A stretch of 64,000 nt of DNA, from the NCBI RefSeq assembly GCF_006345805.1, contig NC_043002.1, positions 84,692,001-84,756,000 of the forward strand, in the 5' to 3' direction. The notes below the pieces were generated by a model that made no database searches, had not been told where the DNA came from, and worked only from the letters and a program-made list of their open reading frames with translations. Position 1 is the first letter of the stretch. Each line of letters begins with the position of its first letter. The DNA is from Octopus sinensis. Its lineage: Eukaryota. Shown here in pieces: positions 1-13,805 of this stretch. The translations under genes were made by a program, and so were the position numbers.

Positions 1-582
1 CGACACAATCAAGGAGATATTGTGCAAATGAAATCCGAGTGTCTTTTTGGTCAGCTGAAAGCACTTTTAGCACAAACTTGGCAGACACGCGTCTCATATC
101 CAAATCTTCAGTAATGATAGACTGAACCAAACAATGATAACGGCCTGCGAGTCCTCTGATAACTCACGGATCGGCTTCTCACAGCACATCTGTGATGTCT
201 TCCTCAGTTGTACTGGTTGCATGTCTCTCCAGAACGTTCGTCAATATCGACTATTTTTGGTCATCTTGGAAACGTCTGAAACACTCGTACACTTGTGTGC
301 AGCTCATAGACTCCTCTCCTTACATTTTCTGCAACTTTGCGTTGGACTCTGAGCAGGTATCGTTATGACAACTTTCTCTGTCGTGATCAATGCGACGATC
401 ACACGCTACACACGTTCCTTCCAAGCACTGCTGTAAACAGCAGAAGTGAGCTAGAACATTAATTCCTAGTGCACATGCACAGCAAAGTTCAAAGCTAGTC
501 TGTGCCGAGCGGCTTTATTCTGCGTGCTTTAACTTCGTTTCTATGGTAACACTCCGGATACTTATTGATCAGACCTCGTATA
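1..582 (-). mobile_element. Mariner-family transposon, 5' part, degenerate
   Basis: Minus strand begins TA-TACGAGGTCTGATCAATAAGTATCCGG (TIR-like, ~553-582). The interrupted translation includes CTQVYECFRRFQ and ITEDLDMRRVSAKFV, typical of the mariner N-terminal HTH region. Confidence 0.85.
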
Positions 583-839
583 TAAAAGGTATAATTGTTA
601 TACTGGACTGATTTTTATGAAGCACGGTAGCTGGATGAAATAAAGCACATATTTGAATTTAGAAACAACAAAAAAGGAATTCATGTTACGAGATTTATTT
701 TTGAATTTTTTTAAACGTTATACTTTAGAACATTGAAAATGATATGTAGAAGACAATGTAATACTTTTTAATCATCTGAAGCCCGACGCTCCAGAAGTCG
801 AAGGGATAGGGACACTCAAGAAGAAAAGCAGGACAGGCT

Positions 840-1430
840 CGAGTCTCAGAGAATACGAAATGCTGTGGAGATACAAAAAGCAATGAGAAGCAAGGCCTAT
901 TTGAAACAATCAGACAAGCCCGTTTGAGAGAACAAAGGTTACCAGTGCAGAAACGACAGAGATTGGAGTTTCAAACCAATAGACAAATCTGCTTGAGGAA
1001 ACATGAGACACCAGAGCAGAAACGATGGAGGTTGGAGTTTCAAGCTGATAGAAAAGCCCACTCAAGAGAATGGGTATTAACTGCACAACTTCAAAGTAAC
1101 TCATTCAGAAATGTTCCCTCCACAAAACAGGAAACATCAGAGCAAGTCAGGTTTTTCTCGTGAAGAGTAGAGACTAGCAACCTTTAACTACGATCAGACA
1201 CATGAGGATTCTCTGCAAAGTGTGATATCTATTGGTTCAATGTTCAAAACCTGTGAGAACTGTTCTGAAAAAAAAATAAGAGGGATGGAGAAACTATAAG
1301 GATGTGCTGTTCTGATTGCAAAGCTAATTTACATACATCTCAGTATCCTCCCCCATTTCAGGATCCTCCATTTCAGATCCTTTATTTCAAGATCCTCTAT
1401 TTCAGGATCCGCCATTGAAAACTTTGCTTG
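840..1430 (+). pseudogene. Helitron Rep/helicase N-terminal fragment
   Basis: Repeated ETPEQKRWRLE-type motifs (ORF 924-1163), followed by FNYD...IGSMFKTCENC...ETIRMCCSDCK...YPP with a frameshift. Confidence 0.75.
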
Positions 1431-1551
1431 TTTGAATTATTGTGTTTTTATATATTCTGAGCTTATAAGCCATACCAAATTTCCACATACTCATTTTATA
1501 AACCTGTTTACTCCTCCCTTTGTATTTTATATAACTTTATGTTGTTTATTA

Positions 1552-1965
1552 GGCGTAGGAGTGGCTGTGTGGTAAGTAGATTGCTTACCAACCACATGGT
1601 TCCGGGTTCAGTCCAACTGCGTGGCACCTTGGGTAAATGTCTTTTCCTATAGCCTCGGGCCGACCAAAGCCTTGTGAGTGGATTTGGTTGACGGAAACTG
1701 AAAGAAGCCCGTTGTATATATGTATTTATATATGTATATGTATGTGTGTGTATATGTTTGTTTGCCTGTTTTGTCCCCCAACATCGCTTGACAACCGACG
1801 CTGGTGTGTTTACGTCCCGTAACTTAACGGTTCGGCAAAAGAGACCGATAGAATAAGTACTAGGCTTACAAAGAATAAGTCCTGGGATCGATTTGCTCGA
1901 CTAAAGGCGGTGCTCCAGCATGGCCACGGTCACATGACTGAAACACGTAAAAGAGTAAAAGAGTA
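1552..1965 (+). mobile_element. tRNA-derived SINE, family A, full length
   Basis: GGCGTAGGAGTGGCTGTGTGGTAAG head with B-box-like GGGTTCAGTCC, internal (TA/TG)n, tail AAAGAGTAAAAGAG. The same family recurs at 34145, 43395, 45500, 50711 and 57515. Confidence 0.9.
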
Positions 1966-2100
1966 TTCCCACACGTTGTTGTAACCACCTCATGTGTGAC
2001 GTTTCTATTTGTATGGTACGATCCGTGGGGCCAATAAAGAAGAAAACAGCGTAATCATCATCATTATTACCATTACCACCACCACCGCCATCATCATCAT

Positions 2101-2636
2101 CATTGAGTGAGAGAGCAGTGCATGCTATCAAAGGGACACTGGGGTACAAATATACCAAGCCCAATAATACCCATCATGACTGTTCGTCTGATAAGGATAC
2201 ACCAGACACATGCTTCAAAACCATATGTGCGCAACATGGTGATCTCATATCAAGATAAACAGCGCATGACCTTGCAGGTGGGGGCCCAGTTAGAAATTTA
2301 TTCAGGTCGAGTAACTAGGCACGCTCAAAAGGTCCCTGAATAAGAGTTGTTTAAGGATGATGAACGAAGGTGAATTATTCAAACTCCAAAGAATTCCTTG
2401 CAGAACATAGCTGTGATGCTTCCTCACTACTCCTGCTCGTGATCAGAGATTCACATGGCGTCAGCCACTAAGGGACATACTCAACTAGTTTAAGGTTAAG
2501 CAACAGACAAGCAAATCTGTGGTATTGAGCAGAATATTTGCTGTAGCCCACCTTTTACGCCAAGAGAAAATATGTTCATGTTAACACTTCCAATCCGTTA
2601 GGATCAGAAACCGTGAGAGCCACTGCCTGATATTAC
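2101..2636 (-). mobile_element. Non-coding interspersed retroposon-like repeat, family B
   Basis: Clearly similar to 32590-33405 over ~500 bp. Its minus-strand 3' end runs into a trinucleotide tract. Confidence 0.75.
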
Positions 2637-2637
2637 C

Positions 2638-2641
2638 TCAG

Positions 2642-2672
<31 letters not shown>

Positions 2673-2896
2673 ATACCACCACCACCCACCACCACCACCA
2701 CCACCACCACAACCACCACCATCACCACCATCATCATTATCATCGTCATCATCACCACCACCACCACCACCACCACCATCATTATCATCATCATCATCAT
2801 CAACACCACCACCACCACCACCATCACCACCACCACCACCACCACCATCATCATCATCAACACCACCACCACCACCACCACCACCACCATCACCAC

Positions 2897-2993
<97 letters not shown>
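2638..2993. repeat. Compound (CAT)n/(CAC)n/(TAT)n microsatellite
   Basis: Directly visible; explains ORF 2633-3130. Confidence 0.98.
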
Positions 2994-3109
2994 TCTGAAA
3001 ATAATTTTCTTTCACGTTTACTTTCGGTTCTTTTTTTCACACTTCTAAGCAGATATCGAATATTAATTTTTTGTCTTTTTACTTCATAGGCAGCAATAAT
3101 TGAAACGTG

Positions 3110-3150
3110 CCAATACATACATACAAACAATATATATATATATTATATAT

Positions 3151-3184
<34 letters not shown>

Positions 3185-3227
3185 CATATATATATTTATG
3201 TATATATATATATATATTTATGTATAT

Positions 3228-3259
<32 letters not shown>

Positions 3260-3290
3260 ATTATATATATATATATATATATATTTCTCT

Positions 3291-3350
<60 letters not shown>

Positions 3351-3365
3351 ATATATATATATACG
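3110..3365. repeat. (TA)n/(TC)n microsatellite
   Basis: Directly visible. Confidence 0.98.
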
Positions 3366-3789
3366 AAAGCATTTTTGTAGTTGTGAAAAGTAATAGCAAA
3401 ATATGAAGTGGAAAAAAATATGAAATTAGGGAAAAAAAGAAATGAAGTCTAGACAAAACAAAATGACTTGCAGAACAGTGACTATAAATTTGAAAGCGTG
3501 AGTGAAAGCTAAGTTTATTACGCTTATCTAAAAGAATTAACAACCTTTGTCAATAGAGGAGTTGATTACGCCACTCCGCAAAATATCAAACAATATTAAT
3601 TATATAAGTATTTGTATGTATTTATTTGTTGAGCTTTAGTTAAGTTTGTTGTTGTGGTTTAATACCAAGTCACCTATTATCAAACAGGTCTATAATCAAA
3701 GGCGTTCCAGTCATATATACATCGACTGTTTGTTACAGGGATAGTCTGTCTTAGGATTACGTTACAAAATGTATCTTTTCTCCTTTAAG

Positions 3790-4648
3790 AAAAAGTTGGA
3801 GTGTAAATTAAGGGAGGTTTGGCTGTGATTTCTCTCAGGTTGAGCAACGAAACAGAAGCGCGCTGACCTGTAGTTATGTAAACAGTAGAATCAATTGCGG
3901 TTGTACTATTTTCGGTTGTACTAATTCCGGTTGCGCCTTGGGTATGTCCTGTGGTTTGTTGTGACATTCTTATTTTTTCGTAGGATGTGTAACGTGCCTA
4001 GTAGCGCAATTATCTGTATGTTATATACATTTGTAAGTTCTGGTGTTTTGGTTATGTTTTTATCTGTATGTTTTTTAATTACATTTAATGCACCCATTAT
4101 TATTTGGATTGTTTCTGTTTTTAGGCTCCGCATTCGAGTCACCTCTATTTCCAGATTATTGTATTTTGAGAGTTTCTCCGTTTCTTTAGAGATACATTGT
4201 CGTCTGTTGGTAGTGATACATTAATTAGAAGGCATTTTTTCTTGATGATCTCTGACAACTATATCCGGTCTATTAGCCTTGATTTCTGTATCTGTGTGTA
4301 TTGGTATATCTCAGAGTATGGTTGCTTTGTCATTTTATGAGACCTTTTCTGGGGTGTGCTTATACTATCTGTTTTCTGTTGTCATTCCATGGTGTTGGGA
4401 TAACTTTGTCATATCTGTGAATATAATCCTTCTAAGCCAGGACTGGGCAGCCAGAGACAGTATGATTTATTGTTTCTTCCCCATCACCTCATATTCAGTA
4501 GCTGTATTTTGTTTTTCATTATGTGCTTTTGATGATTTCTGGTGGGGAGGCTTTAAACTTTCTTGCTGTAATTAATATTTCTTCAGTCTCTGCTTTGAGT
4601 CCTGAACTTCTCAGCAATTGTTGGGATTTTACTTTGTCAATTTTTTGT
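3790..4648 (-). mobile_element. R4/Dong-like RLE LINE, 3' fragment
   Basis: Minus-strand remnants KANRPDIVV, KETEKLSKY, EVTRMRSLKTETIQIIMGAL and IALLGTLHILRK match the restriction-like endonuclease C-terminus. Abuts a CCT/CAT/TAT tract. Confidence 0.85.
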
Positions 4649-4686
4649 CCTCCTCCTCCTCCTCCTCCTCCTCCTCCTCATCATCA

Positions 4687-4740
<54 letters not shown>

Positions 4741-4744
4741 TTAA

Positions 4745-4874
4745 ATACCGTCGAGGTCGACTTTGCCTTTCATCCTTTCGGTGTCGATGAATTAAGTACC
4801 AGCGAAACACTGGGATCGATAAAATCGACTAGTCTTCTACCAAATTTCAGATCTTGTGTCCATAGTAGAAAGGA
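4745..4874 (+). mobile_element. SINE family C, 3' fragment
   Basis: GAGGTCGACTTTGCCTTTCATCCTTTCG...ATAGTAGAAAGGA, shared with many copies in the window. Confidence 0.85.
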
Positions 4875-6560
4875 CTGACGTCTTCGAACTGGGAGACGGT
4901 CGGCACCATCCTAAAGGAACATGAGTCGGTTGCAGAAGCTAAAATCAACGCTGACAAATCGGTGGATTTGCGGTTGGCAGGACGAGGCCATCGGTCGGCG
5001 CCGTCGGACGCTGGACCGACGGACCAGTTAAACTGCGCGAAGTCTAGTTTGGTCCTAACTTCCAGGTTGATAAGAACTGGGACAAGGTGGCGACAGGGTG
5101 GCTAGTCTTACCCAGAAATTGGCTGAGAGGAAGGTGTCCTGAAAGGTCAGGCAGAGTTGGCGAATGCCTACATTGCCTCCGTTATCATTTATCGCCTGAT
5201 CGTCGTGTCTTGACTCGTTCACTGCTTGACTAGGTTGGAGTGTCTCTTATTTAAATTCTTGTGGAAGGGAAGCGTTCTAATGGTTAGGCGGTCAATCTGT
5301 TGCTAGCATCCAGTGAGTGGCGGATTAGGTATACCGTGGCTCCTAATGCGGAGATACGCTCTTAGCTTACGTCACCTACAACGATTTCTGGATGATGAGC
5401 ATGTGTGGGTTCCGTTTATGAAGCTCGTCTTTCTGCAGCTCGTCTCCTTGATGGAGCTGCAGTCCTGGGTGAAGAAAAGACTGAGACTGGGCACCTGGCA
5501 CCTAGACTATCGTCAGACGCTCACAGCCCTCTATCAGTCGGGTAATGAGATCGGTGGATGTTCCACTTTAGAAATTTATAGAGGATTAATGGAGAGGAAG
5601 TGCGCCAACGAGAACGAACTGGCTAATCTCTTCCGGAGTAATTTCCGGTCGGGATCTATCATTGATAATTTGCAGATGTCCTTGGCCTGGCAGTGCTACC
5701 GGGAGTCGCTACGCAGTAGAGATAAACTCTACAAACTCGGATGTGCTGTCAGACGGGCTTGTCCGAGGTGCGCGCAGAGTGACAAAACCATTCTACATGC
5801 ACTTGTTCAATGTCTGACCATTCCTGACTTGTGCCGTCTGTCGACTAAGTCTGTAGCGATGATCGCACCACCGCCCTATTTCAATCGGGCAGGCAAGGCA
5901 GTTTTCCTTTGCCTGGTGGCTGTTGCGAAAGAGGTTGTTTGATGGACATGGCTGAAAGGCAAAAGGACAGATACATCCCTCTTCGGTAGAGCTCTCATTG
6001 ACTTCTTTCAAGTTTTCACTTGAAAAGAAAATTGAGAATGGAGAGGGAAGTGCTGTCCTCGAGTGAGTTTATTGAAAAATGGGTGAAAGTTGCGAAAATG
6101 GTAAAAGTGGATGGTACCTCTCTAAGTGTAGACCTGTGAGTCGGAGAGAAGGAATTGAAGAAGGCACTTACTCTTGGGGTTTCCGGGAAATCTATGACAG
6201 TGGGTTGCTCGATTATCCATAGAGGCCACATCACTATCATCCTCCCCGCCACTTTTTTTAACCCTTGTATGCTATGCATATGTCCCTTCTATTTCAGTGT
6301 CCGAAACACCCCTGTATTATTATTGTTATTGTCATTACCGTTGTTACGATTGTATTGTTATTACTGTTATTGTTATTTATATTCGTACGTATGTACTTAC
6401 CGTTGTTTATTTATTTATATGTTTATATTATTTTCTTACGTTGTTCTATTTGATTCTTATCCCATGGATTTAGTTACTTCAGTTGTTTTACTTGTTTTAT
6501 TAGTTTTATTTGTTTTATTTTGTTCGTTTACTTGTTCTGCTGGCCTTTGATTTAATTGAT
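4875..6560 (+). mobile_element. Tx1/L1-like LINE, 5'-truncated (RT C-terminus, zinc knuckle, 3' UTR)
   Basis: AEAKINADKSV (late RT) and ORF 5313-5942 with GGLGIPWL and RDKLY...CPRC...HALVQC, followed by a T-rich tail. Confidence 0.85.
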
Positions 6561-7470
6561 AGCCATCAACGAAACAGGAGGACGCCATTGTTTTTAAATA
6601 AGAGCTGGCCAATTGGGTTGTAGGACTGACCATGACCCAACCCCACTACATATAAGGGTTTAGAGATTAGTTGATCGGCTAAAAAGCAACGAACACTAAC
6701 ATCACATTTTAGCCTCACCTAGTTTTCTCTCATTGATACACTCATGTACTAAATTTCCCATGATGGGTTCATTATAAGTTGCTTATGCCATACCCTCTGC
6801 AACGCTGCACCTACTAACTGGCATTCTACATATAAACTTTCACCCCTGTAACATGGACCCTACCATCAAACCCACCACTAAAGTTCTATGAAAACACAAT
6901 GTGAACTACTGCCTAAAATTATCCCTCCCGCAGAAATTCCTCCTGAAAGTGACTTTATTCACCTATCCACCACTGGATGAAATACCATGGATTTTATAAG
7001 TACTTTATGGGAAGTCTGTACCTTGTTTCCCCTTGCTATACCCACATTATTGTACTCTGCTGTATTTCGCTTGTATTCTTGTTTTTGCTCTTATTCTTAT
7101 TCTTACTCTATTTAAAAGGATTAGCACATCTTATCTATTCTTAACTAACTGACTTTTATATGTGTTAGCCCCCACAACTACTTAGACACTCTGAAGAAGC
7201 CTAGGGGCACATCCATTATCCAAGCCTTGTCTGTTCATCCCTGCATAACATTGAAGTGATGGAGATAACCTGGAAGAAACGGCCGTAAAGAACTAGTACC
7301 TGCACACACATTTATATTTTTGCTCTGTTTCTATATACTTACATGTATTCCCACCCTTGTCTATGCAGTTAGCAGCTTTTTTCACTCATTAATTTGTATC
7401 ACTCATGCAACTGAATAAATAGACATACTTGAGTGTTTACTGGCTGATGTCTGTCAATTTTATATCCTCT
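6560..7470 (+). mobile_element. Probable PLE pseudo-LTR with degenerate hammerhead
   Basis: CTGAAGA at 7191-7197 and GAAAC-GGCC-GTA at 7276-7287 (palindromic loop III), AATAAA downstream; stems I and II are poor. Confidence 0.5.
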
Positions 7471-7649
7471 CCGTTTTCTTATTTGCCGTATAAATCATGG
7501 GTAAATCACTTTTTTACTCCCGTCCATATATAATACTCATTTGCAAGATTGCCATGCAATAACTAGCACTTGACTATGAATAACTGGGTACACTACCAGC
7601 AGTATATTGGATAGGAACTATCCCTTAATTGGTTTCTCAACCTCTAACT

Positions 7650-8500
7650 CACACAGAAATATACATATATATAAAAATAGATGAGTGTATTTTTCCCTTG
7701 TTAACAATTAACACGGAAAAAATAGATAAATAGTTACCAGGGTAGCAAAAATTCACACAACTAAAGAGGTTGTAACTTCTTGTTTTTAAAGGTAGAAACT
7801 TCGGGTTTACGTGGAATTTTTTGTATGATATATAAATAAATAAATGGAGTTTAACGCAGGTATAATTCAAATACTTTTACTTCCGACACATGTTTCGAAG
7901 ATATCCCTGATATTATTCCAAAGGAATAAATGGTGTAAAACAATCTAATCTTCTCTTCAGGGAAGTGAAGAAATGAAACTCGTCAATAAGACATTTTAAC
8001 AGAAAATGATGGATATGAATAGTGATTTACTGAACGCTATTAATATTGCTTGAAAAATCTTTATATGATATAACGTCAGAAGTAGCCTATAGAAAGAGGA
8101 GGGATATTATTTTCGTGAATGTTAAATATAAAAAGAAAATTAATGTTAAAATTATATATAATGATAAAGATTACTTATATGAACTAAAGGTGTGTTTTTG
8201 CCAATGTTTACATCGGTATGCACGCTCTATAACTGTGTTTACTAGGGGATATTTAGAAAAAATAATGAAAAGTAGTTCAGAATTACAGAGAAGACAGAAT
8301 TCCTTGCCTTTGTCATAAGGTATCGAGATTGAGAGAATCAACCATTCTAAATTAAATTATTCATTGTGGTCTTTTAGATCCCAAATTAATTTACTGAGCC
8401 CTGTACTGTTACGTTTATTCCTTTCCCTAAATGTTGAGTAATGGATAGAAATTCTTTTAGATAACTATATATAAATTAGAGAAGAACCACCATGTAGTAG
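7650..8500 (-). mobile_element. Penelope-like element, 3' end (GIY-YIG C-terminal half plus pseudo-LTR)
   Basis: Minus 8500-8160 reads KRISIHYSTFRERNKRNSTGLSKLIWDLKD..LEWLIL..PYDKGKEFCLLCNSE..N..E..YRCKH, followed by a pLTR with a hammerhead. A second copy lies at 41945-42760. Confidence 0.8.
7879..7966 (-). ncRNA. Type I hammerhead ribozyme, intact core
   Basis: ACTTCC-CTGAAGA-GAAGAT...ATCTTC-GAAAC-ATGT-GTC-GGAAGT: 6-bp stem I, 6-bp stem II, GUC cleavage triplet. Confidence 0.85.
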
Positions 8501-8519
8501 TTCAACAATGATATACTTA

Positions 8520-8880
<361 letters not shown>

Positions 8881-11800
8881 TATGTTTATGTGTCTGAAAC
8901 CAAACTGATATATTAGCGATTATATAATTGCTCATTCTATCTCCCTCTCTTCCACTCTCTTTCTATCTCTCTCTTTCTTTCTTTCTATGCACACATGCAC
9001 ATGCTCCACACACATACGCATACACACACACACACACCCATACACACACGTGAGCATATATATATATATATATTTGTATTAATATTGTATCGATATTTAA
9101 ATAGTCATGCGTGATACAATGCACAAAGTCTGTATCTGTCATGTATCACCGTGCCTGTCTGCCTGTCTGTTTCTCACCATACTATCTCATATCCTACACA
9201 AAGATATATGCTCAGCATATCAATTAGATTAATGAAAGTGTCGAATAAAAATGAATGAGAAACTAAAATATGATTGTAAACAATTCATATAAGAAACAGA
9301 AAGTATAACAAACAAAAATCATGGGAGAAAAACGATAACAAAAATGATTAGAAAGAAATATGAATGAACGTAAGAGAGAAAGAAACTAGGAAACAAGACA
9401 GGAAAGCAAGATAGAAAAATACTTGGAAACTTCCATTTTGAATATATTGCATATTTTATTATTTTGTCTTTATTTCGTTTGAAAAATAATTGAAGTAAAA
9501 TAGGGAGATATAAAGAGTTATAGTATAATGTATCTTTTGACTTATTTTTGGTGTATTATCATAAACCGGATGTTAAATGAAAACATTACAGCGGAACAAT
9601 GGCAGTACATATTTTGTAACAATGACATCTGGTGGCGAGAAGTCTTCTCTGATATCACTACAAAGTGTTAAAATATTTTTATGCGATAATCTGAGGCGAT
9701 ATTCAGAGTTGATCATAGACGAGACTATATGCTACCTTCTTTTTTTTTAAAAACAGATTTCTGATATTGGTACAATGCGTAGCTCTTTTTTTCATGAGTG
9801 AATGTTAAAAAAAAAACAGTAAAAGATTTACACTATGTTGTAAATTATGTGAACTCTATGTGAAACTGTTCCGTTTATGTGACACATTGAACGAGTTTCT
9901 TCTGCTGTAGTCGCGGATTTATCGAAAGTTAATGAAAACTGAAGAAACCCATCGTGTGTGTATGTGTACCCCACCACATACATATACATACATGTATATG
10001 AATGTATTATTTAAACTCACTCATCACTATTCTTACTAACTTATCAGCTAACAAGAGAGAATGTAGAGGAACCCCAACCCTGAGGAATAATGCGCGCGCG
10101 TGAATGAAGAACGTGTGTAAAAGTGTGTCTGAATGTATGTATAAAGATCTGTTTCTATATACCGGTATATTTTATTTTTCATCGCACTCACAAGGATAAT
10201 ATGCAAAGTTGTTCTTAGCAGTATGTAAACTCAGAACCTGAATGACCATAATTAATATATCTGATGGCCTAATGATTCTGAGACTTGTTGTTGCTTAACA
10301 TGTCGTTCAAATTGTTCACATCACTGTTAGTGTCTATAGAAATGTAGTTATTTTCCCTTTTTGAAAATGTATGTTTGCTGAAAAATATTCTTGTCAGTTT
10401 TCTATTCTGTGCGTTTAAATCCCTTGGATTTATATTTGCCTTCACTTGCTTTGTCTAGTTGGATGTCTTGCAAATCCATGCTGTGCTTATGTGTAACCAT
10501 ATTGTGCATGCAGGGAGGTGGAGTAGGGATCTTTTCTGTTTGGCTTATAATTTTTAATCTGTTTGAATTACTGTTCAAATTGGTTTCATATTCGGTGTAA
10601 TGATGTAGTTTTATATACTAATTAATGCCATAGAATTCATTTTCGACATAAATCAATAAATAAAGTGTTATTAGCTTTTAAAGTTTGTGAATTTTGGATA
10701 ATTTTAGCCAATCGTAAAACCACAGACACATTCATGCCTGTTTCCATATTAACAAACCAAACATGAGAACCCTTTTATCTGCGAGATAGTACGTGTTGAC
10801 AAATATATTCTACGCGAAAGCATTGTATCGACGATGTGTTCTGTTGCTTGTACCCTGGTCGAGATATGTGCTAAAAATAAAAGCCAAATAGGCCTTAAAT
10901 CACGCACCCCCTAATTATTTTTTGTTTTTGCATTATCGTATGAATTCCCGAGTATAGAATATAAATTCGCAAAAATTTCCTGAAAATTTCAAAAAAGAAA
11001 ATAGGTTATGAGGCGTTATATGTCGTGCGTAAAACAGAAATTGATTTACTTAGTTTCATATCAAAACACATCACACACATAATGACAGCTTCCAAATCCT
11101 GTTTTCTGACTAGGTGGAAATTATCAAACTTTAAAGCTCTATAACTTTTTCAAACGATTTTTCTGGAAAAAGTGAAATATCTCCGAGATTCAGCTTGGAA
11201 ACTGCATTAATACACCAAATTTTAAAGTTTTCAATAAACTTTGAAATTTCCACAGTTGCAGTCAAACAGAAAAGATCCGAGGAAAGTAAGGAGAAGGCGA
11301 TGAGATCTTGATTGGAGGTGAACACAAGAAATTAATGGGAGGGAGGTCAGAGGAGATGGAAAAAGGGCCATTCAGTTAGTGTCATGTTTTCTCACTGTGG
11401 CAGTCAACCTGCCATACAACCAACGCACCACCTTTACGTCGGTTTGATCACAATATCGTCACAGCATCGGAGTTGACGGAGTGCGGAGAATTCAGTCTGT
11501 GTCATGCTGAAACAACGGGATCGCTTAAGACAGTCCAAACAGTTCACTATGCGGCGGTACAGACAGGTGACAGCGTGCAGGGGTGAGAATTGACCTGGAA
11601 CCAACGTCCAGTGAGATGGTTGAATCTAGGTTTTTAATACTCGGTGTTGGGTAAGGAGCTATACAAGACGCATCCTCGCAACAAATTCGGCGTATAAGCA
11701 AAACATATACACTGTGCATGTGCGACTGATAACGTTTACATGACTACAACTGCTTTTAATTTGTAATTTAATTTACTTTCCCAAGTGCTACGCTGTGACA

Positions 11801-12085
11801 CATCAGCAAATAGTTTTCACTGTATTTGTATATAAGACATTGACCAGATATTCAATTCGTTTCTGTTTGATCCCAGTGCACGTTAATAATAAGCCATAAT
11901 AATGGCAAAATATCGGTATTTACCACTCTCGGATTCAATTCGAGGGCGAGTTGTCTCGCCTAGTCTATGACATTCAGGTGTTCATTAACATTCAGCGTTA
12001 AGTAGGGAGCCATCCTAGACGCTATACCGTTTCAAATTCGGTGTATCAACAAAACGCATACACCATTTATGCATGATCGATAATG

Positions 12086-12119
<34 letters not shown>

Positions 12120-12122
<3 letters not shown>

Positions 12123-12625
12123 TAGCAAAGTGACCCGGCGTTGCCGGGTCTAGTCCTAGTGCTAGTTGTTCGTTGCTGGGTTGCAGTAAAAATTTCTCAC
12201 AAAATCAAGAGTTAGGCTTCTTATCACATTTCAGCCCGGGCCAGTTTTATTGTTCATGAGCTAGTTGGAGCTTTTTATGAGAGTAATTAATATTCATTGG
12301 ACTTGGGTTTCCACATCTGGAACGGCATAATCATGGAAAATTAGCGGGACTGTGCACATGCCATTAGTCGGACAAAAAAGGAGGCCGAAGAAAGCGAAAA
12401 ACTCGAATTTGGCCGCAAAATAACTCATGAGCATATGGGGTCGGTTTATCGATTTTTTAATGATTTTCTGGGGTGACTGGAGAAATGGAAAGATCTTCAC
12501 GACCACACTCAGACAGGTTTGAAAAGCCATAGAAAATGCGAGCCTTTTACGTGAAAGAGTGTGGATTTGTATAAAGGACATACAGACACACAGATACACA
12601 GACATTTTGCCGTTCGTTTATACAC
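12120..12625 (+). mobile_element. Non-autonomous Helitron/Helentron (DINE-1-like) element
   Basis: Begins in (TA)n with ACTAGC..GACCCGGCGTTGCCGGGT (short hairpin near the end) and ends in a CA/GA microsatellite. Confidence 0.6.
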
Positions 12626-12827
12626 ACACACACGTATATATATATATACACATATATATATACATGTATATATATTCATGTATATATATACATACACCTA
12701 TATACAAAATATATATATGTATATAAGCATATATATATGTATATATACACTTATATATACATATGCATTTCTATATATACATACATAGAGATCTATATAT
12801 ATACATAATATATATATATATACATAT

Positions 12828-12861
<34 letters not shown>

Positions 12862-13006
12862 TCAATAAAGGGTGGAATATAATTAATTTAATAAAATTAT
12901 TAATTTCACCTAGTAGATTTGTCGGTATGGAAAAGACCATATTTGGTAAGGGTTATAATAATTATAATAAAGGGTTTCCCCTAGCATTTCTAGATCTATA
13001 GGAAAT

Positions 13007-13064
13007 ATTATATTGACAAGGAAATGAACCTTCGGTTCTAATCCAGAAACGAGTCGTCTATAAT
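13007..13064 (+). ncRNA. Hammerhead-like motif with U3-A8 core
   Basis: ATTATA-TTGACAA-GGA[GAACC TTC GGTTC]TCC-a-GAAAC-GAGTC-GTC-TATAAT: 6-bp stem I and near-palindromic stem III ACGA-G-TCGT. Confidence 0.6.
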
Positions 13065-13229
13065 TAATCCAGAGGCTGGGTTTTCGTTATTTTCTGCCTT
13101 TTTTTGCCATATACAACTTACAAATTCTGTTTGTTTGTGGAGACTTTTTACTAGTAGAGGAAATACTGACCAATTTTGGCTGCTATTTCTAATATTTTCG
13201 GTATGTGGTTTTGAGCAACTTGTTGCATT

Positions 13230-13236
13230 TAACCTT

Positions 13237-13294
<58 letters not shown>

Positions 13295-13693
13295 TTATAT
13301 ATATATATATATATATATTCATATACATCTATACATATACATCTATACACATACATCTATAAATATACATCTATATACATACATATATACACATATATAT
13401 ACACACATATGTACATGCATACATATATATATATACATAATATATATACATATATATACATATATACATACACATATATGCATGCATATATATATGTACA
13501 CACACATATATATATACAAGTGTATATATGCATACACATATTTGTACATATATATGTAAATATGCATATATATATATATATATACACATATATATATATA
13601 TAAATATATATATATAAATATATATATATAATATATATATATATACATTCATATATATACATGTATACATACATACATATATATATATATATG

Positions 13694-13729
<36 letters not shown>

Positions 13730-13747
13730 CATAATATATATATATAT

Positions 13748-13779
<32 letters not shown>

Positions 13780-13805
13780 ATATATAATATATATATATAT
13801 ATAAA
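13230..13805. repeat. Degenerate (TA)n/(CA)n tract
   Basis: Directly visible. Confidence 0.97.

Noticed and set aside
11569-11590. ATG...GGG|GTGAG as a first coding exon
   Set aside because: A single donor-like motif with no supported downstream exon.
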